Origin: Myxococcales bacterium
GTDB taxonomy: Bacteria; Myxococcota_A; Polyangia; Polyangiales; Houyiibacteriaceae
Assembly: GCA_020430775.1 (NCBI GenBank)
Contig: JAGQJE010000333.1
Location: forward strand, 1-55,328
DNA: 55,328 bases
Reading direction: 5' to 3'
Shown: piece by piece, positions 17,168-24,141 of the stretch
Numbering within the stretch: position 1 is the first letter of the stretch
Layout of the letters: each line of letters starts with the position of its first letter
The notes under the pieces: generated by a model
The model's database searches: none
The model's input: the letters and a program-made list of their open reading frames with translations, nothing else
Told to the model about the DNA's origin: nothing
Position numbers and translations under genes: made by a program

Positions 17168-17785
17168 TCAGCGCTCCTTGCGCGCGTGCTCGCTCGCCGC
17201 GCCGTACCCTCGCTTCGGCCGGACGACGGCGGGGACGCCGACGGCGACGCTGTTGTCCGGCACGTCACGGACGACCAGCGAGTTCGCGCCGATGGTCACG
17301 TTGTTGCCGATGCGGATGTGTCCGGCGATGACCGCGCCCGCGCCGATGAACACGTCGTCGCCGATCGTAGGCACGCCGTCCTCGCGCTGGTCGGAGCCAA
17401 TCGTCACGTTGTGCATGATGCCGACCCGGTCACCGAGCACGCAGTCGGGGTGGATGGTGATCTGACCGCGCGCGTGGACGAGGTGCAGCCCCTCGCCGAT
17501 GCGGGTGCAGCGGTCCATGTAGACGCCCGTGAACCACGACGAGAGCGGCGCGACCACGCCGTAGACCTTCGACGTGAGCCTTCGAGCGACGCGCGATCGG
17601 CGCGACAGCGACCAGTTGCCGAAGCGATACACGGCCATGTGCCACAGGGCGAGGTTGCGCCAGTCGTGGCCGTGCACGTCGAGATCCTTGCGGAACGCGC
17701 GGAGCGACCCCTCGGCCCCCGGCTGCCATTCGCCCGGCGCGTCGAAGTCGGGCAGCGTGTCGCGGCGATCCGGCGGCGTCGTCAC
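17168..17785 (-). CDS. serine O-acetyltransferase-like hexapeptide-repeat acyltransferase
   Basis: It has left-handed beta-helix hexapeptide repeats (IGDDVFIGAGAVIAGHIRIGNNVTIGANSLV). The N-terminal helical region is typical of CysE-like enzymes. Confidence 0.85.
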   Translation of the reverse strand: MTTPPDRRDTLPDFDAPGEWQPGAEGSLRAFRKDLDVHGHDWRNLALWHMAVYRFGNWSLSRRSRVARRLTSKVYGVVAPLSSWFTGVYMDRCTRIGEGLHLVHARGQITIHPDCVLGDRVGIMHNVTIGSDQREDGVPTIGDDVFIGAGAVIAGHIRIGNNVTIGANSLVVRDVPDNSVAVGVPAVVRPKRGYGAASEHARKER

Positions 17786-17845
17786 CCCGTCACCTTATCA
17801 CACGAGCGGCGCGCAGCCGCCCGCGTGCCGCGGATCGCGGGGCGC

Positions 17846-19621
17846 TCACGGGACCTCGACGGCGCCCGCCGTGCACGGCGCGCCACGGGGCTCGCCGCGC
17901 TGATCGATCGACGGGCACTCGGACCCGAGCCGCATCGCCGGGCTGCCACGCCCCGGGACGAGCGTCGGCGTCGGTCCGCCGTGGTCGTCCAGCGCGCCGA
18001 GCCGAGGATCGGCGTGCGAGATGCCGGGCGTGCAGTCGAGCGTCGCGCCCTCGCCGACGGGCCACTGGAGGTTCGCGCGGCCCGACCCCGAGGGCCCGCC
18101 GACGCCGTCGCTCCCGGTGCAGTTGAGCGGCACCCACACGTTGTCGGCGTCGTTGTCGAGGATCGTGTTGACGACGCGCAGCGGGCTCACGTTCCAGATG
18201 CCCGCTCCAAACTGCGCGCGGTTGTGCGCGATGGTGCAGTTGAGCAGCGTCCCGCTCGCGTCGTCTCCGACGACGAGCCCGCCGCCGACGCCGCGCTTCG
18301 TGTAGTCGGACCGCGGGTAGGTCTCGTTCTCGGCGATGGTGACGTTCGTAAGATCGAGGGTCGCGGCGGCGTCGCCGTGGCCGAGGACGAAGATGCCGCC
18401 GGCGAGCGGTGCGCGGTTGTTGACCACGGCGCTCTCGCGCATCGTCACGCGCACGCCCTGCAGGTAGAGCGCGCCCGCGGTGCTCTCGTCGCCGCGGTCC
18501 GCGGCGGCGTTCCCGTCGAAGGTGCTCCACCGGATCGTCGTCGGCTCGCTCTCGTAGCCCGTCCGGAACACAGCGCCGCCGTGCGCGCCGCTGCGGTTGT
18601 CCTCGAACGCGCTGCCGCAGATCGACAGGGGCTGCCCGCGTCCGTCCATCGACAGCGCGCCGCCGTTGCCGCCCTGCCCTTTCTGCACGCCGCCCTCGAT
18701 GTAGTTCGCGCCCTCGCCCGTAGCCTCATTGTCGACGAACGTCGCGTCGACGAGCGTCACCGCAGCGCCCAGCGCGCCGATCGCGCCGCCGTTCGCGCAG
18801 CGGTTGCCTACGAAGCGGCTCCGCACGACCGTGAGCGAGCCTCGCCCGAGCGCGTAGATCGCGCCGCCGGCGTCGTCCGGCTGCCGCTCGATGCACGTGT
18901 TGTCGACGAACGCGCTGTCGAGCACGACGACGTTGCCGCCGAGGAAGTAGATGGCACCGCCGCCGGCGTCCGCGCGCTTCGCGTCCCTCAGCGTCAGGCC
19001 CTGCACCGTCAGCGTCGGCGAGGTGGCCTCGAAGTCGTCGGTGTCCATCTCGAAGATGCGCGTGCGGTTGCCGCCGCTGAGGGTCACGTGCCCGCCGCCG
19101 TCGACGACCGTGTCGCGGGACACGTCGATGGCCGCCGTCAGCGTGATCGTCGCGGGCTGGTCGCCGCAGTCGAAGGTCACGACGCCGCCGCGCTGCACCG
19201 CCTGCCGGAGCGCCGCCTCGGTGCAGCTCGAAGCGCGCCCATCGCCGACGACCGTGGTCGGGCTCGACGTGTCCGCCGGCGCCACCGGCGCCTCACAGCG
19301 CCCACTCGCCGGAACCCCGCCGTCCGTACCCGTCCCCGCGTCCGTCCCGGTACCCGTCCCCGCGTCCGTCCCGGTCCCCGCGTCCGTCCCGGTCCCCGCG
19401 TCCGTCCCGGTCCCCGCGTCCGTACCCGTCCCCGTCCCCGCGTCCGTTCCCGGGCCCGTACCCGCGTCCGTTCCCGTCCCCGCGTCCGGTCCCGTACCCG
19501 GGCCTATCCCCGCGTCCGCTCCGGCCTCGGGTTGCCCCCCGACGGTCGCGAACGCGCAGCCGGAGAGAGCGAGCGCGACGGTCAGCGCGACCGTCACGGC
19601 GACGAAATGTGCTTTGGGCAT
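17846..19621 (-). CDS. parallel beta-helix lipoprotein with TGTDAG repeat linker and choice-of-anchor-Q-like C-terminus
   Basis: ATG 19621. The lipobox is ALALSGC, followed by (T/P)G(T)DAG repeats. GGAIY/GGAI beta-helix turns follow. The C-terminus is DPRLGALDDHGGPTPTLVPGRGSPA...DQRGEPRGAPCTAGAVEV. Confidence 0.85.
   Translation of the reverse strand: MPKAHFVAVTVALTVALALSGCAFATVGGQPEAGADAGIGPGTGPDAGTGTDAGTGPGTDAGTGTGTDAGTGTDAGTGTDAGTGTDAGTGTGTDAGTGTDGGVPASGRCEAPVAPADTSSPTTVVGDGRASSCTEAALRQAVQRGGVVTFDCGDQPATITLTAAIDVSRDTVVDGGGHVTLSGGNRTRIFEMDTDDFEATSPTLTVQGLTLRDAKRADAGGGAIYFLGGNVVVLDSAFVDNTCIERQPDDAGGAIYALGRGSLTVVRSRFVGNRCANGGAIGALGAAVTLVDATFVDNEATGEGANYIEGGVQKGQGGNGGALSMDGRGQPLSICGSAFEDNRSGAHGGAVFRTGYESEPTTIRWSTFDGNAAADRGDESTAGALYLQGVRVTMRESAVVNNRAPLAGGIFVLGHGDAAATLDLTNVTIAENETYPRSDYTKRGVGGGLVVGDDASGTLLNCTIAHNRAQFGAGIWNVSPLRVVNTILDNDADNVWVPLNCTGSDGVGGPSGSGRANLQWPVGEGATLDCTPGISHADPRLGALDDHGGPTPTLVPGRGSPAMRLGSECPSIDQRGEPRGAPCTAGAVEVP
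19318..19525 (-). repeat. 18-nt tandem repeat array (gtccccgcgtccgtcccg and variants) encoding TGTDAG units
   Basis: Three consecutive perfect 18-mers and several variants are visible on the plus strand between about 19318 and 19525. Confidence 0.85.
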
Positions 19622-19684
19622 AATTTTAGACTCGCGTTGTGCGTAGCCTAAACCATGCTCGACCCCGCGCGCATTCCCGGGCCG

Positions 19685-20746
19685 TCACGCGACGGCGGAC
19701 AGCCCGACCAGGCGACAGGCGATCGCCGCCAGCAGCGGCACCGCGCGCCCGAACATCACGGCGTCGTCCGAGCTCGCGTTGCCGAGCTGGCTCCGCTTGT
19801 AGACGCCCTGGGCGATCGCCGCGAGTCGAAAGAGCGAAAACGCTTTGAAATACGGCAGATCACCGTGTGCGTCCCTGCCAGTGAGCACCCGATAGCGCGT
19901 CACGAGCTCGCGCTCGGTGGGGATGCCCGTCTCGTCGAAGTCGACCCCCATCAGCCCGCCTATCCGCGGGAGCACGACGTCGTAGAGCATGCACAGGTAC
20001 CCGAGGTCGGCCAGCGGCTGGCCGAGCGTCGACAGCTCCCAGTCGATGACGGCGAGGATGCGAGCCTCACGCGGGTGGAAGATGAAGTTGTCGAGCCGGA
20101 AGTCCCCGTGGCAGAGCGTCGCCGGGTCCTCGGCGGGGATGTGCTCGGGCAGCCATTCGATGAGGCGCTCCATCGTCGCTATCTCGGCCGTCGCGGACGC
20201 GCGGTACTGCTCGCTCCAGCGCTTGACCTGCCGCGCGACGTAGGCCTCGCGCTTGCCGTAGTCGCCGAGCCCCACCGCGTCGACGTCCACCGCGTGGATC
20301 GTGGCCAGCACCCGCACGACCTCGTCGTACACGGCCCGCCGCTCAGCGCGGTCGAGCTTTGGCAGGCGCAGGTTCCAGAAGATGCGCCCTTGGACGTAGT
20401 CCATCACGAAGAACGACGTCCCGATGACGGCGCGGTCGTCGCAGAAGCCGTGCACGCGCGGGACCGGCACGTCGGTGTCGCCCAGCGCGCGCATCACGCG
20501 GTACTCCCGGTCGACCGCGTGCGCCGAGGCGAGCAGCTCGCCGGCCGGCTTCTTGCGCAGCACCAGCTCGCTGCGCCCATCGGTGAGCCAGTAGGTCGGG
20601 TTCGACTGGCCGCCCTTGAACTGCCGCAGCGTGAGCCGGCCGCCCCACTGCGGGACGAACGCCTCGAGCCACTGCTCGAGCGAGGCTTCGTCGAAGCGGT
20701 GGCGTTCAGGCACCTCGATGGTGCTCTTGGGCGGGGCGATGGGCAT
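19685..20746 (-). CDS. phosphotransferase (APH/kinase-like) family protein, acyl-CoA-dehydrogenase-associated type
   Basis: Kinase-like motifs are HGDFRLDNFIF and IDWELS. It is divergently paired with an acyl-CoA dehydrogenase, as in ACAD10/11-like modules. The start is ATG 20746, with GTG 20767 as the alternative. Confidence 0.85.
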   Translation of the reverse strand: MPIAPPKSTIEVPERHRFDEASLEQWLEAFVPQWGGRLTLRQFKGGQSNPTYWLTDGRSELVLRKKPAGELLASAHAVDREYRVMRALGDTDVPVPRVHGFCDDRAVIGTSFFVMDYVQGRIFWNLRLPKLDRAERRAVYDEVVRVLATIHAVDVDAVGLGDYGKREAYVARQVKRWSEQYRASATAEIATMERLIEWLPEHIPAEDPATLCHGDFRLDNFIFHPREARILAVIDWELSTLGQPLADLGYLCMLYDVVLPRIGGLMGVDFDETGIPTERELVTRYRVLTGRDAHGDLPYFKAFSLFRLAAIAQGVYKRSQLGNASSDDAVMFGRAVPLLAAIACRLVGLSAVA

Positions 20747-20836
20747 GGCCGGCGTCGAGCGTAGCACTCACGGTCCACCGCAGCGCCACCGATCGGGTAG
20801 GCTCTTTGGCCGAACGATCGCGCCCGAGGAGCCACG

Positions 20837-22057
20837 ATGGATTTCGCACTGACCGACGAGCTCGAAGACCTGCTCGAACGAACCCAGTCGCTGATGACCG
20901 AGGCGGTGTACCCGGTCGAGGCCGAGGCGCTCCGCTCGTTCGAGAGCGCCCTGCCGGCGCTCCTCGAGGCGCGCGAGGCGGTCAAGGCCGCCGGGCTGTG
21001 GGCGCCGCAGATGCCGCGCGAGCTTGGCGGGATGGGCCTCGGGTTCCTCGATCACGCCGTGATGAGCGAGGTCCTCGGCAAGAGCCCGCTCGGTCACTTC
21101 GTGTTCGGCTGCCAGGCTCCGGACGCGGGCAACCAGGAGATCCTGCTCGAGTTCGGCACGGACGCCCAGAAGGCCGAGTGGCTCGCGCCGCTGGTGCGCG
21201 GCGACATCCGGAGCTGCTTCGGCATGACGGAGCCCGATCGCGCCGGCAGCAGCCCGACGTGGCTCGACACGCGCGCCCTTCGCGACGGCGACCACTACGT
21301 CATCGACGGACACAAGTGGTTCACCACGGGGGCGCACGGGGCCGCGCTCTGCATCGTGATGGCCGTCACCAACCCGGACGCGCCGCCGCACCTGCGCGCG
21401 AGCCAGCTCCTCGTGCCGACCGACACGCCCGGCTTCGAGCACGTCCGGCGCACGCCCGTGATGGGCGACGAGGGCTTCGGGTGGAGCAGCCACTCCGAGA
21501 TCCGCCTCACCGGCTGCCGCGTGCCGGTGAGCAACCGGCTCGGCGCCGAGGGCGCCGGCTTCCTCATCGCGCAGGCGCGGCTCGGACCGGGCCGCATCCA
21601 CCACTGCATGCGCTGGCTCGGCATCTGCGAGCGCGCGTTCGAGCTGATGTGCGAGCGGGCGGCCACGCGCGAGATCGCGCCGGGCAAGCCGCTCGCCACG
21701 CGCCAGGTGGTCCAGCACTGGATCGCCGACAGCCGCGCCGAGATCGACGCGGCGAGGCTGTCGGTTCGGCACGCGGCGTGGAAGATCGACGCGGAGGGGG
21801 CGCGAGCCGCCCGCCAGGAGATCTCCTGCATCAAGTTCCTCGTCGCGGGGACGCTCCAGCGCGTGGTCGACCGCGCGCTCCAGGTCCACGGCGGGCTCGG
21901 GATGACGGACTACACGCCGCTCGCGTGGTTCTACCGGCACGAGCGCGCCGCGCGCATCTATGACGGCGCCGACGAGGTGCACAAATCGGTGGTCGCCCGC
22001 CGCGAGCTCGAGCGCTTCGGCTTCGACGTCCGCGCCGGTCGATCCGCGCCCGAGTGA
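20837..22057 (+). CDS. acyl-CoA dehydrogenase family protein
   Basis: ATG 20837 with GAGGA 6 nt upstream. The 406-aa protein has a typical ACAD N/M/C-domain sequence (..CFGMTEP..GSSPT.., ..ARIYDGADEVH..). Confidence 0.92.
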   Translation: MDFALTDELEDLLERTQSLMTEAVYPVEAEALRSFESALPALLEAREAVKAAGLWAPQMPRELGGMGLGFLDHAVMSEVLGKSPLGHFVFGCQAPDAGNQEILLEFGTDAQKAEWLAPLVRGDIRSCFGMTEPDRAGSSPTWLDTRALRDGDHYVIDGHKWFTTGAHGAALCIVMAVTNPDAPPHLRASQLLVPTDTPGFEHVRRTPVMGDEGFGWSSHSEIRLTGCRVPVSNRLGAEGAGFLIAQARLGPGRIHHCMRWLGICERAFELMCERAATREIAPGKPLATRQVVQHWIADSRAEIDAARLSVRHAAWKIDAEGARAARQEISCIKFLVAGTLQRVVDRALQVHGGLGMTDYTPLAWFYRHERAARIYDGADEVHKSVVARRELERFGFDVRAGRSAPE

Positions 22058-22189
22058 GCGCCGGACGCGCTGGTCGTACGCGCCGCCGGCCCCGCCGCGC
22101 GGGCGTCCGCGGCGCGCAGATGGGCGGCGCTCGGGCCTGAGTCGGGCGCGGTGCGCGGCGGACGTCGCGTGCTATCAGCGCGGTACAGG

Positions 22190-23923
22190 ATGGGGTTCAT
22201 CACGACATCGCTTGTGTACGCGTTCTACGGCGCGGTCGTCGTCTCGCTGATCTACTTCGTCCACAAGGTCTTTTGGTTCTGGCGCTACTGGGCCATCCAG
22301 GACCGGCTCGTCCGTCGCGCGCTCGACGACCTCGAGCGCGACGCCGAGCAGACGCTGATGGGCTTCAACGCGGCCGCCGACGCGTCCTGGTCGACGCTGT
22401 GCGAGAGCGCCTCCGCCCCGCACCCAGTGGCGTACGTGCAGGGGATCGAGGAGCGCCTCGATCTGCTCGTGAGCCGCCTCTTCGAGAGCCACCGGAGCAT
22501 CCGCGAGGCGTTCTTGCGCGCGATGTTTCCGGACCAGGTGGGGCACAACGACTGGCCCGGTCCCGACATCGCCGGCGCCCGGACCGAGCCCGCCGGCGAG
22601 GAGCCGACCGTCGAGAACGACGCGAGCGCTGATGCCGGGCACGACAACGGCCGCGCCGGCGTCGTCCACGCGCTCACGGTGCCGCGCTTCAACCAGCCGC
22701 CCATCTCGATCTCGCTGAGCCTCGACCTCCCGCGGCCAAGCACGCCGACCCGCCCGCCGGCGGAGCTGTACGAGCTTCAGATCCACTCGCGCTACGGCTT
22801 CAAGCAGCGGCTGCTCGCGTTCTTCCTCGGGCCGGTCGACGTCGTCTACAGCGCCCGACACGTCGCGCGCATGTCGCAGAACGTCGGCATCCCCACCTCC
22901 GTCATGCTCCGGCGGCTGTCCCTCGTGGTGCTCATCCTCGGCGCCGTCGTCATCGATCTCGCGTTCGGTCTGCGCGCGCGGCTCATCGACATGGTCACGG
23001 CGTGGATGTCCGCGCACCTGCACCTCGCCTGGACGGGCGCGATAGGCGGCTTCTTGGAGAAGGAGCTCCCCGTGTGGACGGCGCTGTTGCTCTGGCTCGC
23101 GGGCTACGGCGTCCTGTACGTCGCTCTGTACCTGTACCTTCGGAGCCGCTCGCATCGCTACATCCGGCGTCTGCGCGACCTGCGCGTGAGCGCTGAGGAG
23201 AACGCGGCGGCCGTCGAGCGTCACCACCTCTCCGAGCTGCGGGTCTGGGCGGAGGAGTACGGCGCAGGCCTCGACGACGCCGTCCTGGTCACGCTCCACC
23301 AGGCGGAGCTGCTCATCGAGCAGACGGGCCACCGCGCCCGCCGGCGCCTCGCGAGCCGCGAGCTGCTCTCGCTCCTCGATCGCGCCGCCGGGGAGCTCTT
23401 CAAGCGCCTGCCCGAGTCGAGCCGCAGCCTGCAGGACCCCGCGAACCAGCACCGGCACTCGTGGCGCCATGCCATCTATCCGCGCGCGCGAGAGATGAAA
23501 TACCAGGCGCGGATCGCGCAGTACCGCGCCGCCTGGCAGGCGATGCACAGCGCCGCTCACCAGCTCCGAGGGTACCGGCCCGACCCGGAGCTCGCCGAGC
23601 AGACCTGGCGCATGCTGGTGAGCTACGCGCGGATGCTCTCGGCCGCGATCCCCTCCGAGCTGCGGGCCGAGCTCATCGCCGCCCACACCCGCGCGCTCGA
23701 CGCGCTGGTGTCCGGGACCGAGCGCGATCTGGTCGAGCTCGACCGCCGCCTCACCGAGCTCGCCTACGGGCTCGACCAGACCTTCTCGACCGCCCCGCCC
23801 GTCATCGAGAGCCGCGTGAGACTCGCCGAAGAGTCGATGGAGGCCGAGATGGCGCGGCTCGTGAGTGAGGCGCTCGACATCCGCGAAAAAGCCCGCCTCG
23901 AGGCGATGGCGTTCGAGATCTAG
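22190..23923 (+). CDS. membrane protein of unknown function with C-terminal helical/coiled-coil region
   Basis: ATG 22190, with GTG 22151 as the alternative. It has an N-terminal TM (FITTSLVYAFYGAVVVSLIYFV) and 3-4 central TM helices. The C-terminal ~230 aa are Arg/Glu/Leu-rich and helical. No family is recognised. Confidence 0.6.
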   Translation: MGFITTSLVYAFYGAVVVSLIYFVHKVFWFWRYWAIQDRLVRRALDDLERDAEQTLMGFNAAADASWSTLCESASAPHPVAYVQGIEERLDLLVSRLFESHRSIREAFLRAMFPDQVGHNDWPGPDIAGARTEPAGEEPTVENDASADAGHDNGRAGVVHALTVPRFNQPPISISLSLDLPRPSTPTRPPAELYELQIHSRYGFKQRLLAFFLGPVDVVYSARHVARMSQNVGIPTSVMLRRLSLVVLILGAVVIDLAFGLRARLIDMVTAWMSAHLHLAWTGAIGGFLEKELPVWTALLLWLAGYGVLYVALYLYLRSRSHRYIRRLRDLRVSAEENAAAVERHHLSELRVWAEEYGAGLDDAVLVTLHQAELLIEQTGHRARRRLASRELLSLLDRAAGELFKRLPESSRSLQDPANQHRHSWRHAIYPRAREMKYQARIAQYRAAWQAMHSAAHQLRGYRPDPELAEQTWRMLVSYARMLSAAIPSELRAELIAAHTRALDALVSGTERDLVELDRRLTELAYGLDQTFSTAPPVIESRVRLAEESMEAEMARLVSEALDIREKARLEAMAFEI

Positions 23924-24004
23924 CGGCGCGCAGCCGCACTCGACCGGCCCGAGACCCCGCGGCGATTGCGGCGCGCTCGCAAACGTCTTTCGACACCGTA
24001 ATCT

Positions 24005-24020
24005 CTCGGAAATTTCCGAG
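24005..24020. promoter_or_regulatory. perfect 16-bp palindrome CTCGGAAATTTCCGAG (candidate operator)
   Basis: It lies in an unusually AT-rich intergenic stretch ~120 nt upstream of the Cys-rich lipoprotein gene. Confidence 0.3.
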
Positions 24021-24141
24021 ATTTTGCGCGTGAATTAACCCGCAAGGGGGATTGCTCCACTCGGCGTTCTTCGATATCTCACAAGGTGGAGCGCCGGTTG
24101 CGCTGAGGGGCGCCATTTTTGGCCGGCTGGGGAGTAGAAGA

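Noticed and set aside
17186-19651. 821-aa plus-strand ORF
   Set aside because: It is antisense to the acetyltransferase and beta-helix lipoprotein genes. It has no motifs and a shadow-ORF composition.
20807-20821. Loose -24/-12 match TGGCCG-AACGA-TCGC upstream of the acyl-CoA dehydrogenase gene
   Set aside because: It has three core mismatches. The predicted TSS would also remove the good GAGGA ribosome-binding site. This is the level of match expected by chance.
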